DNA of 21,705 bases, taken from positions 1 through 21,705 of the forward strand of contig JBAXAI010000052.1 in assembly GCA_037142615.1 (NCBI GenBank), read 5' to 3'. The position numbers were made by a program, and so were the translations under genes. Below are positions 1-8,023 of the stretch, piece by piece (positions within the stretch are counted from its first letter, which is position 1; every line of letters begins with the position of its first letter). The notes beneath the pieces are model-generated. The model worked only from the letters and a program-made list of their open reading frames with translations, was not told where the DNA came from and made no database searches. Origin of the DNA: Spirochaetales bacterium. GTDB taxonomy: Bacteria > Spirochaetota > Spirochaetia > JABEVK01.

Positions 1-529
1 CGGGAACAGCCACCGGCACCTCAGCGACGGTGGGAGCTGGAATCGGAACTGGAGTAGGAGCTGGAGTTGGAGTCTCGGTTGGTGTCGGTGCGGGTGCGGG
101 TGTCGGCAGGGCAGCGATCGGCTTGGGTTTGGCGCCGGCAAGAAGGTTCACGTCGGGATCCGGGTTCACGGCATTGTCTTCTTCCAGCCCCTTGGCACTG
201 GCGATGCTGGTGTCGAGTTGAACGCCGACCAGCGGAGAATCGCCCGCTTCCATGGCCAAAGCCGTCGCCGCCTTCGGCGAAACCAGGATGAACGCGGAAG
301 CCCCCGCCGGCAGAGGACCGACAACGCGAACCTGAACGGTCTTCTTGGTCTTGTAGTTTTCGATGGTCACCACGGAGTTTCTGGTGAAATCGTTGGAGGC
401 CGCAACAAAGCCGCCCGTGGGCGCCCCCGTGCCTTGCCAAAGTTCGGCCTGGCCTCTCCAGGTGGATTGGGCGCCAAGGCCTCCGAGGACCAGAGTCAGC
501 CAAAAACTGGCCAAGAACACTCGCTTCAT
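1..529 (-). CDS. Secreted protein with RlpA/DPBB-like N-terminal domain and Pro/Thr-rich linker; probably a SPOR-domain protein; 3' end outside window
   Basis: Absent from the ORF track (no stop in window). Manual translation from ATG at 529: MKRVFLASFWLTLVLGGLGAQSTWRGQAELWQGTGAPTGGFVAASNDFTRNSVVTIENYKTKKTVQVRVVGPLPAGASAFILVSPKAATALAM...PTPAPAPTPTETPTPAPTPVPIPAPT. GGAGG RBS at 536-540, 6 nt upstream; signal peptide. The AASN-F-RN-VV-IEN-KT-KTV-VRVV pattern is RlpA-like. The SPOR domain is inferred and not visible here. Confidence 0.8.
   Translation of the reverse strand, partial: MKRVFLASFWLTLVLGGLGAQSTWRGQAELWQGTGAPTGGFVAASNDFTRNSVVTIENYKTKKTVQVRVVGPLPAGASAFILVSPKAATALAMEAGDSPLVGVQLDTSIASAKGLEEDNAVNPDPDVNLLAGAKPKPIAALPTPAPAPTPTETPTPAPTPVPIPAPTVAEVPVAVP
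30..110 (-). repeat. Low-complexity X-Pro dipeptide repeat encoding a PT/PA linker
   Basis: Imperfect 6-bp periodicity (gctggaatcggaactggagtaggagctggagttggagtc) encoding PTPAPAPTPTETPTPAPTPVPIPAPT. Confidence 0.75.
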
Positions 530-567
530 GATGTTCCTCCGCTTGGTTTATCGGAAGATCGGACGGA

Positions 568-1302
568 TTACTTCAGCTCAAAGGGACCGGCTTCGAGCCC
601 CTGCCCGGCCAGCTTGTCGTATGAATAAAACATGAGCGAGCGGACACGCCCCAGCGTCGCAGCCGGGAGGAGGCTCGTCAACGAGAACACCGGCGAGGTC
701 TGAGGCTTCTGCGCAAGCACTTCGCCCGTTTCGCCAAGCGTCCAAACCACGTAGTCAGAGGCGAACCCCGTCAGGCGAAAACTCCCCTGCCGTTCGGTGG
801 CGCTCCAGCCGGCGGGCAAGTCGAGGCGGACCGGCGGGCGGGGGGGAAGGTTACCGGGAGGAGGCGGCGGAATCACGAACGCCGATTCAGCCTGCTGCCC
901 GGCCTTGGAAAGCACCAGGACCTTCCACGCACCGGTCGGAATCTCGGCCGGGCCCGAATCACCGGGAACCGACAGGTTGTTGGCCCCCAGCCACATTTCA
1001 CCGGTGCGGTCGATGCGGGTCCACTGCGACGGCTCGAGGGACCACACCAGACGCGAATTGTCGTGGACGAGATGAAGCCGGTCGATGTCTTCTATGCCAT
1101 CGGCGTTGCTGACCAGCACAAACACCGAGAGCCGAGGTTGCCAGACCTTTGCGGTGGGGCTCCAAACCTGATTCACCTGACTGAAAACCTGCCCGATTTG
1201 GGGCTGGGAGTTCGAGCAGGCCGACAGTTCTGCAAGAGCCAGAGCGGCCAGAGCAAGCGCGAAGAGCGTACCTATCGACCGAACAGTTCCCCGGGAGTTC
1301 AC
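568..1302 (-). CDS. Hypothetical lipoprotein
   Basis: 244 aa. Hydrophobic N-terminus ending in lipobox-like LSAC. GTG start overlaps the engB stop (GTGA). Confidence 0.75.
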   Translation of the reverse strand: MNSRGTVRSIGTLFALALAALALAELSACSNSQPQIGQVFSQVNQVWSPTAKVWQPRLSVFVLVSNADGIEDIDRLHLVHDNSRLVWSLEPSQWTRIDRTGEMWLGANNLSVPGDSGPAEIPTGAWKVLVLSKAGQQAESAFVIPPPPPGNLPPRPPVRLDLPAGWSATERQGSFRLTGFASDYVVWTLGETGEVLAQKPQTSPVFSLTSLLPAATLGRVRSLMFYSYDKLAGQGLEAGPFELK

Positions 1303-1880
1303 AGCAGCCCTTGGATCACCGAAAGCAGCGCCTCACGGCCCTGATGGTTTTCCGACGACGTGGCAAACAACGAGTCTTTTTCGACGCCGAAGAACTCGGC
1401 CCAGCGGTGAAGTGTCGCCGTCAGTTGGTTTTTGGACAGTTTGTCGGCTTTTGTGCCTACCAAGGCCAAGGGACGCTCGAGCGACTGAAACCACTCGATT
1501 TGCGCACGCTCCTCGTCGCCCGGTTCGCGCCGCAAGTCGAGCAGGTAGAAAACGGCCTTGAGCGGTTGGCGGCCGGTGCAATACTCGGCGATGATGGGCC
1601 CCAACGCTGCCCTTTGGCTGCCGGGGAGCTTGGCAAAACCCGTGCCGGGTAGATCGACCAGACAGAACCGGTCATTCACGACAAACCAGTTGATTTCGGT
1701 GGTAACCCCGGGCCGGGCCCCCGTCTTGACCAAGGACTTTCGGTTAACCAAAGCGTTGATCAGCGACGACTTGCCCACGTTGGACTTACCGTAGAAGGCG
1801 AACTCGGGAAGACCGGTTTTGGGGTATTGGCCGCTTTCGCGGGCGCTTTGCAGAAAGCGGGCGTCGATGATTTTCAGCAC
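1299..1880 (-). CDS. engB: YihA/YsxC/EngB ribosome biogenesis GTPase
   Basis: G1 GKSNVGKSS, G3 DLPG, G4 TKAD, G5 SS. Family-typical N-terminus (KIIDARFLQSA..YP..GLPEFAF) supports a GTG start at 1880 rather than 1997, which would overlap the response regulator. Confidence 0.93.
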   Translation of the reverse strand: MLKIIDARFLQSARESGQYPKTGLPEFAFYGKSNVGKSSLINALVNRKSLVKTGARPGVTTEINWFVVNDRFCLVDLPGTGFAKLPGSQRAALGPIIAEYCTGRQPLKAVFYLLDLRREPGDEERAQIEWFQSLERPLALVGTKADKLSKNQLTATLHRWAEFFGVEKDSLFATSSENHQGREALLSVIQGLL

Positions 1881-1887
1881 AGCGCGG

Positions 1888-1896
1888 AGTATACCA
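1888..1896 (-). promoter_or_regulatory. Extended -10 element TGGTATACT; putative leaderless engB promoter
   Basis: Minus strand reads TGG TATACT ccgcgct GTG: 7 nt to the start codon with no Shine-Dalgarno between. Confidence 0.6.
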
Positions 1897-1899
1897 TTC

Positions 1900-2658
1900 C
1901 TAGGGCTGAAACTGGTAGCCACCCCGGCGGACGGTATGAAGGTGCCGGGGGGTCTCGAGTTCGCCGAGCTTTTTGCGCAGCCAAGCGATGTGAACATCGA
2001 CGGTGCGTGAGGTGACTTCGTTGTTGTACCCCCAAACCGCGTCGAGGATCTCCTCGCGACTCAGTACGCGGCCGGGATGGTGCGCCAGGTAGGCCAACAA
2101 CCGAAACTCCGTCGCGCTGAGCCCGACGTCGTGGCTCCCTCCGACTCCCCGCCCGACCGTGTCGTGGACCCTGAGTTGACGGGACTCAAGGTTGAGCGAA
2201 AACCACTCAAACTCCAGCAGTGTGGGTGAACTTTCGTCGGTGGCGGCGCCCGTTTCGGGGTTTCCGGGGACCTTGAGCGGTGCCAATCGGTTTCGCCGCA
2301 ATTGGGCCTCGATGCGCGCCAGCAGCTCGGCCATCGAAAAGGGCTTGCCCAGATAGTCGTCGGCCCCGGCTTTAAGACCCCTGACCCGGTCATCGACGGC
2401 CGAACGGGCGGTGAGCATCAGGACAGGGATGCGGATGTTCTTGGCCCGGAGTTGCTGGCACAGCACAAAGCCGTCGGTGTCGGGCAACATGATATCGAGA
2501 AGGATGAGGTCGAACGCGGCCTGTTCCAATTGGCGCCACGCGCTGGCGCCGTCGAGCGCCGACTCGCAAATGTAGCCGCTGGCCAGCAGGCGGTCGGTGA
2601 TGGTCATCACCAGCCCGGGTTCATCTTCCACAAGCAGGATGCGGGCCTTATTGCTCAC
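1900..2658 (-). CDS. OmpR/PhoB-family DNA-binding response regulator
   Basis: Receiver motifs LLVEDE, LLDIMLP, LTA, GADDYLGKPF. Winged helix TEFRLL...SREEILDAVWG...SRTVDVHIAWLRKKL...TVRRGGY. GGAGG RBS; 11-nt overlap with the kinase stop. Confidence 0.95.
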   Translation of the reverse strand: MSNKARILLVEDEPGLVMTITDRLLASGYICESALDGASAWRQLEQAAFDLILLDIMLPDTDGFVLCQQLRAKNIRIPVLMLTARSAVDDRVRGLKAGADDYLGKPFSMAELLARIEAQLRRNRLAPLKVPGNPETGAATDESSPTLLEFEWFSLNLESRQLRVHDTVGRGVGGSHDVGLSATEFRLLAYLAHHPGRVLSREEILDAVWGYNNEVTSRTVDVHIAWLRKKLGELETPRHLHTVRRGGYQFQP

Positions 2659-4327
2659 GAGGAGCCTCCGAAGCGGGCAACAACACGGTGAAGAGGGCCC
2701 CCGAGCCGACCGCGCTCTTGAGTTCCACCCGGCCCCCGTGGGAACTGGCCAAGCGGGCGACGAGGCTCAGGCCCAACCCAACCCCGGACACGGTGGTTCC
2801 CGGTGGTCGGTAAAAGGGCTCGAACACCTTTTTTTGTTCCTTGGGGGCCAACCCTTTGCCGTTGTCCTGAATCGAAAAGAAGACCTCCGGGTCTTGAGTT
2901 CCCGAGCTTCTGGCGACCCCGGAACCCCAGTCGACCGTCACCGAAGGATTGGTACCGGTCGTTCCATGCTTGAGCGCGTTCGAAAGAAGGTTGTCGACAA
3001 TAGCGGTCAGGTCGGCGGCCCGACCTTTGACCCAGTGGAGCGGTTCGGTGACCCCGACCCCGACGAGAGTCGCACCCTTTTGCCGGAAGTTCTCGGCCCA
3101 CGCGGCCACACGGCCTTGCAGCAGTTCAGTCAAATTGACAGATTCCTGCCCCTCGAGGCTCCAGGGCTGGGCTTCGAGCCCCGCGTACCGGAGGATGTTC
3201 TCGGTGAGCATCAACAGGCGGTCGGCCTCGCTGAGCATCCTTTCGCCGTAACGCCGCGCCTGACCGGGTTCGCTGACCACCCCTTCCTTGAGGTTTTCGG
3301 CGGCTGCGCGCAGCACCGCCAGCGGCGACTTCAGCTCATGGCTGACCGACGACACAAAGTCCTGCTGGGCCCGAACGGCCAGGCGGTTACGGTTGTAGAG
3401 CCGGTACAAGAACAGGAAGCCGAAGGTGAGCACCGACAACAGCGTGAAGGTGCCAGACAGGTTGAGCCAGCGAACCCTCTCGGCGGCGGCTTCGAGCGAG
3501 CCATCGACGTGGCGAACCTCGAGCACCCAGACCGGCCTGTCGGCACCGCGGGGAGGCCGACCGACAAGGGTCAGGCCATTGCCCGTAGAGAACACATCGC
3601 CCACCTCGGGCAGCACCGGCCCAAAGCGATCGCCGTTGCCCAAAAGATTCAGGCCCAACTCTGGCGAAAGGGCCAGGTCTTTCTCGGTGGTGGGCTGCGA
3701 AGTCCAAAGCACCGCTCCGGCCCCGGATCCTTCGAGGGTGCGCAAGGTGAGGCGGTACCCGGGAAGACCGTCGGTTCCAGCAAAATAGCGACCTACCAGA
3801 ATGGGAACCACAATGTTCGACAGCACCGAGGGATTCAGATCCACCAGAAGCCGCCGCCCGCCGGCCCGGACAAACGCGCCGGTGGACCGGTAGGGATTGG
3901 AGGGTACGTTGGCGATTGGCACCGGCTCGCTCCAGTGAACGCCGTCGGCAAGCAGATACCACGCCTGCGTTTCCGAGGTCACCCACGCGCCGGTCACCAG
4001 GCCGGGCACCTCGTTGCGCTGATTCCACGCCTCGAGGAGCTGTGAGGCCCGACCGAGAACCTCCTCGTCGGTGACAGCACCGCGCACATCGGGCCCGAAC
4101 CCCGGCTCGCTTCCCAGGTTGATCAGGCTTTGGAAGTCGGCACTCCAGTGCAACAGGGTAGTACGCAGGTTCGACCGCATGCGGAACACCTCGGCGCGGC
4201 TGGCCTCGCCTGTCCATTGGTATTGAAACCAGGCCAGGACCGGCACGAGCACCAGCAACAGGACAAGCAGTGTGGTAACGAGCCAGGGCACACTGCGGGC
4301 GTCGGACGACGGTTTGGGAATCTTCAC
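2648..4327 (-). CDS. Membrane-bound sensor histidine kinase (HisKA + HATPase_c)
   Basis: Two hydrophobic segments flank an extracytoplasmic domain. H box FVSSVSHELKSPL, N box NLLSNALKH, G1 DNGKG, F box FEPFYR, G2 GVGLGL. Confidence 0.93.
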   Translation of the reverse strand: MKIPKPSSDARSVPWLVTTLLVLLLVLVPVLAWFQYQWTGEASRAEVFRMRSNLRTTLLHWSADFQSLINLGSEPGFGPDVRGAVTDEEVLGRASQLLEAWNQRNEVPGLVTGAWVTSETQAWYLLADGVHWSEPVPIANVPSNPYRSTGAFVRAGGRRLLVDLNPSVLSNIVVPILVGRYFAGTDGLPGYRLTLRTLEGSGAGAVLWTSQPTTEKDLALSPELGLNLLGNGDRFGPVLPEVGDVFSTGNGLTLVGRPPRGADRPVWVLEVRHVDGSLEAAAERVRWLNLSGTFTLLSVLTFGFLFLYRLYNRNRLAVRAQQDFVSSVSHELKSPLAVLRAAAENLKEGVVSEPGQARRYGERMLSEADRLLMLTENILRYAGLEAQPWSLEGQESVNLTELLQGRVAAWAENFRQKGATLVGVGVTEPLHWVKGRAADLTAIVDNLLSNALKHGTTGTNPSVTVDWGSGVARSSGTQDPEVFFSIQDNGKGLAPKEQKKVFEPFYRPPGTTVSGVGLGLSLVARLASSHGGRVELKSAVGSGALFTVLLPASEAPREQ

Positions 4328-4333
4328 AGTTTC

Positions 4334-4342
4334 AGTATAACA
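4334..4342 (-). promoter_or_regulatory. Extended -10 element TGTTATACT; putative leaderless promoter of the kinase/regulator pair
   Basis: Minus strand reads TGT TATACT gaaact GTG: 6 nt to the start codon, no SD. Confidence 0.6.
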
Positions 4343-4388
4343 GGCCTGTGCCGGGTGTCTGGGAAGTTCCCATCCCCGTGAAGGGGAT

Positions 4389-4405
4389 TTTACAATGGCT
4401 TAACC
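4389..4405 (+). promoter_or_regulatory. Putative OmpR/PhoP-type operator TTTACA-N5-TTAACC
   Basis: Two hexamers 11 bp apart (4389 and 4400) overlapping the -35 region of the export operon promoter; a candidate cognate regulator is encoded divergently. Confidence 0.5.
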
Positions 4406-4425
4406 TTGGACGAATTCCGGGGGGC

Positions 4426-4431
4426 TATCTT
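4426..4431 (+). promoter_or_regulatory. -10 element TATCTT; putative leaderless promoter of the export operon
   Basis: TATCTT tgcagc ATG(4438): 6-nt spacer, no SD. Confidence 0.45.
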
Positions 4432-4437
4432 TGCAGC

Positions 4438-5793
4438 ATGGAACAACCGATGCTACCTCCGACTCCCCTTCCCCCTTCTCCGTCCGCCCCGGCGCAAACC
4501 TCGCTCTTTACCGACAAACCCAATTCGAAGATCCAGCGCTCGGGCGTCAAGACTCAGGCGAGGATGCTGGTCATCATCCTGCTGGTACTTGCCGGAGCCA
4601 CGGCGGTGGGGGTCTACTTCATGACCCGTCCCGTGGAAACCTACGCGCTCGACGGTTTTTCGGTGTCGCCGGTCACCAAGGCCATCTGGAAAGACGAAGT
4701 CCAGCTTTCGGGCATCGTCGAGGTCGAAGACACCCGGGCGATCTCGACCCCCGAAAACGGCCTGATGCTCGGCCTTTCGGTGGAAGAAGGCGATTGGGTC
4801 AAGGCAGGCCAGGTGCTGGCTCGCATCAACCCCACCGCCCTGCTCGACTCGCTGACCACCGCCAAGCAGGACCTCGAGACTCGCCAGCGAAACCTCGAAA
4901 AGATCACGACCAACTACCAGTTCGCCAGCCAGAAGTCGGTGCAGAACCGCAAGTCGTTGGTCCGTGACCTGGCCGACGCCCAAAAGAACCTGACGTTGCA
5001 ACAACAACTGGTCAAGGTGGGAAGCGTCAGCCCCGACGACGTGACCACCGCGCAAGTGTCGCTTCAGAACGCACAGGACAGGCTCGACGCAGCCGACCTG
5101 CAAACCTCGCAGGACGCGGCACTCTACAAGCTCGACCTCGCCGCCAGCCAGGCCGATCTGGCCACCAGCGGGCGCAACGTCACCGACTTGACCGACCGGA
5201 TCGCGGCGGCCGCCATCACCAGCCCCATCGAAGGCAAGATCATCGAGATCGACTCCGGCGCCCGGGAAAAGGGACGCCTGATGAGCCAGTACACCAACCT
5301 GATGAGTGTCGCCGACACCCGCAGCCCGCTGATCAAGGCCAAGCTTCCCGACACCAACGTGGCGCAGGTAACCAAGGGCATGAAAGTCGCGCTCGTGGGC
5401 GACTCGGGCAACTTCACCGGTACGGTGGAGCGCATCGGAACCTTGGTGCGCACCGACACTTCGACCCTGGGCACTTACGTCGACCTGTACCTGCGTCCCG
5501 TCGCGGGCTCGGCCGACCTCAATATCGGCGCCTCGGTGAGCATCACGCTTCAGCTCGGCAGCCGCGAAAACGTCCTGCGGGTTACGCGCGGCCCCTGGTA
5601 TACCGGCAGCACGCAGAACGCCGTCTACGTGGTCAGAGGGACCACCGCGGTCAAGACGCCCGTCACCCTCGGCTCGGTGGGACCCACCGCGGTCGAAATC
5701 AAGTCCGGCTTGAAGGAAGGTGACAAAGTCATCGCCTCGAGCACGGCCAGCTTCGCTTCATTCAACGAAATCACACTGAAAGGAAAGGAATAA
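4438..5793 (+). CDS. MacA-like periplasmic adaptor (membrane fusion protein)
   Basis: N-terminal TM anchor; lipoyl half-motifs (VEEGDWVKAGQVLARI; ITSPIEGKI) flank a long coiled coil; C-terminal VEIKSGLKEGDKVI. Start placed at ATG 4438 because the GTG at 4348 lies in the divergent promoter region. Confidence 0.88.
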   Translation: MEQPMLPPTPLPPSPSAPAQTSLFTDKPNSKIQRSGVKTQARMLVIILLVLAGATAVGVYFMTRPVETYALDGFSVSPVTKAIWKDEVQLSGIVEVEDTRAISTPENGLMLGLSVEEGDWVKAGQVLARINPTALLDSLTTAKQDLETRQRNLEKITTNYQFASQKSVQNRKSLVRDLADAQKNLTLQQQLVKVGSVSPDDVTTAQVSLQNAQDRLDAADLQTSQDAALYKLDLAASQADLATSGRNVTDLTDRIAAAAITSPIEGKIIEIDSGAREKGRLMSQYTNLMSVADTRSPLIKAKLPDTNVAQVTKGMKVALVGDSGNFTGTVERIGTLVRTDTSTLGTYVDLYLRPVAGSADLNIGASVSITLQLGSRENVLRVTRGPWYTGSTQNAVYVVRGTTAVKTPVTLGSVGPTAVEIKSGLKEGDKVIASSTASFASFNEITLKGKE

Positions 5794-5795
5794 TC

Positions 5796-6494
5796 ATGAT
5801 CACACTGCAAGGAATCACCAAAGTCTACGATGCGGGTGGCGAGAAGATCTCGGCGCTTGAGGGCGTCGACCTGAACGTTGCCAAGGGCGAGTTCGTCGCC
5901 ATCATGGGGCCCTCGGGCTCGGGCAAATCGACGTTGCTGCACATTTTGGGCCTACTCGACAGTTCTTCTGGTGGTGAGTACAAGCTCGAAGACCGACCCG
6001 TGCAGGGTCTCAGCGACAAAGACAAGGCCCACCTGCGCAATCAGCACTTCGGCTTCATCTTCCAGAGTTTCTACCTTCTCCCGGAGTACTCGGCCCTCGA
6101 GAACGTGATGTTGCCCCTGAGTCTCGCCGGCATGCCGGTCAAGGAACGCCGTCAGAAGGCCGGAGAACTGCTGGTCAAAGTCGGCCTCAGCCACCGCGTC
6201 AACTTCTACCCGTCGATGCTCTCCGGCGGTCAGCAGCAACGTGTGGCCATCGCCCGAGCGCTTGCCAACGACCCGACCGTCATCTTCGCCGACGAACCGA
6301 CCGGTAACCTCCCGCTGGCCATGGGCGAGGAAATCCTCGATATCCTCACCGACCTGCACAAGCAGGGTGTGAGCATCGTCATGGTTACCCACGACGAACG
6401 CCTGGCCGAACGCGCTGACCGGGTGGTCCGCGTGCAGGACGGCAAGGTCATCAGCCAGGAACTCGTGACCAAGGGACCCCACCATGCAAAGTAG
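5796..6494 (+). CDS. MacB/LolD-family ABC transporter ATP-binding protein
   Basis: Walker A GPSGSGKST, Q-loop GFIFQ, signature LSGGQ, Walker B IFADE, H-switch VTHD; AAGGA RBS. Confidence 0.95.
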   Translation: MITLQGITKVYDAGGEKISALEGVDLNVAKGEFVAIMGPSGSGKSTLLHILGLLDSSSGGEYKLEDRPVQGLSDKDKAHLRNQHFGFIFQSFYLLPEYSALENVMLPLSLAGMPVKERRQKAGELLVKVGLSHRVNFYPSMLSGGQQQRVAIARALANDPTVIFADEPTGNLPLAMGEEILDILTDLHKQGVSIVMVTHDERLAERADRVVRVQDGKVISQELVTKGPHHAK

Positions 6495-8013
6495 AGATAC
6501 CTTCGGGATGGGCTTCCGGGCCCTCAAGGAACGTCCGCTCGAGACCGGCCTGATCATCCTGGGCATCACGCTCGCCAGTTGTGTCGCAGCCGCGAGCCTG
6601 CTCCTGCTCCTGAGCCAGAAGGCGCAGAGCGACAAGATTCTCCAGGGACCGGCGTACCGCGAGATTCTCGTGTCGTCGGCCACCGACGCCGGGCAATCGA
6701 CGGCCCGGGCAGGCATTACCTTGATTGACCAGAAGGCGACGCAGAGCTTTCAGCTCGACGCGAGCGACCTTCCAAGCGCCGGAAGCCAGATTCCCCAACT
6801 CGCCTACGGCTACCGCGCCGAAACCAACCGCTTCCGTGTGGGCAACTTCGGCGGACCAGGCGGAGGCGCTGTCGCCGTTCGAGCGACGGCCGGCGGCAAC
6901 GCCTCCGCTTCTGCGTCGGCGGCTCCGGTTACTGCAGCGGCCGGCGGCACCGAGGGTCAAGCGCCCTCGATGACCGTTGTGGGGCCCGATGGCAAGGCCA
7001 CAACCCTACAAATCGCCGATCTGCCGCCCGAACTGCGCGGCGAGGCAGTTCCTGAGGGCGTCACTCTGCTCAAGCCCGCCGTCGACAACTTCCAGGGCGT
7101 CAACGTGAACCCCTCGTTCTTTTTGGCCTACGGCGTCTCTACGGCCGAGGGCAGCCTTTTCACCGACGAGGATGCGGCCAACAACGCCTCGACGCTGGTA
7201 CTCGGTCCTGGCCTGGCCAAGACGCTATTCCCCGACAAGACCACCGCCGAATTGGTGGGCCAAAAGGTGCAGCTCAACGGCCGCATCTGGACCCTCGTCG
7301 GCGTGCTCGAAAAGGGTTCAGCCGATCTGAGTCTGGCCAACGGCAACTCGCTGGCAGACCTGGCTTTCGCCCCCATCCGCCAGCAGAACTTCGGCGGCTT
7401 TGCGGGACCCGGGGGTGACGGTGGTCCCGGCGGACCGGGCGGCGGTTTCGGCCAGACGCGCAATCTGCGCTTCGCGGTGGCCAAGGTGAGTGACCTTCCG
7501 GCCGCCACGGTGGCGCTCACCAAGTACTTCGACGACAAGTATGGCGAAGGCAAGGTGTCGATCTCGGTGCCGTTCGACAAGGCCCAGCTCAGCCAGAGCG
7601 GCTTTGAGCGGCTGTTGTGGATCATCGTGGCCTTCGGCGTGGGAACGCTGGTCATGGCCCTGATCAACCTGATGAACATGATGCTGACGCGGGCGCTGCG
7701 ACGACAGACGGCCATGGGCATCATGGCAGCCATGGGCGCCGACAGGCAGACTCTGGCCTCGCTGCAAGCGGTGGAAGGCGGCCTGATGGCGCTGGTAGGG
7801 ACCGTGATCGGCGTCGGCCTGGCAGTGCCGCTGTACGAGCTCCTTTACCAGGCGGGCAAGACGCTGTTCAACCTGCAGACCAAGGCCAGTTTTGACTGGG
7901 CGGCCTTGCTGATGGTGACCCCTGCCCTGCTTGTCCTGACGCTGCTTCTGGCGCTTCTCCCGGCCTGGCAGACTTCCAAGATCGAAATCACGACGGCCCT
8001 GCGGTCGGAGTAA
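6484..8013 (+). CDS. MacB/FtsX-family ABC permease 1
   Basis: TM1, large periplasmic domain (GSLFTDED...LVLGPGLAKTLF...VQLNGRIWTLVGVL), three C-terminal TMs, and family-typical end LLPAWQTSKIEITTALRSE; overlaps the ATPase by 11 nt. Confidence 0.88.
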   Translation: MQSRDTFGMGFRALKERPLETGLIILGITLASCVAAASLLLLLSQKAQSDKILQGPAYREILVSSATDAGQSTARAGITLIDQKATQSFQLDASDLPSAGSQIPQLAYGYRAETNRFRVGNFGGPGGGAVAVRATAGGNASASASAAPVTAAAGGTEGQAPSMTVVGPDGKATTLQIADLPPELRGEAVPEGVTLLKPAVDNFQGVNVNPSFFLAYGVSTAEGSLFTDEDAANNASTLVLGPGLAKTLFPDKTTAELVGQKVQLNGRIWTLVGVLEKGSADLSLANGNSLADLAFAPIRQQNFGGFAGPGGDGGPGGPGGGFGQTRNLRFAVAKVSDLPAATVALTKYFDDKYGEGKVSISVPFDKAQLSQSGFERLLWIIVAFGVGTLVMALINLMNMMLTRALRRQTAMGIMAAMGADRQTLASLQAVEGGLMALVGTVIGVGLAVPLYELLYQAGKTLFNLQTKASFDWAALLMVTPALLVLTLLLALLPAWQTSKIEITTALRSE

Positions 8014-8023
8014 GGAACCCTAT

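Noticed and set aside
21-503. 160-aa minus-strand ORF from the track
   Set aside because: Wrong frame; the frame starting at 529 has the RBS, signal peptide and domain-like sequence.
2597-4045. 482-aa plus-strand ORF
   Set aside because: Antisense to a clear histidine kinase; no recognisable domain.
4372-4391. ATCCCC/GGGGAT hairpin followed by Ts as an intrinsic terminator
   Set aside because: Short stem and T-tract, in a divergent promoter region with no upstream plus-strand gene to terminate.
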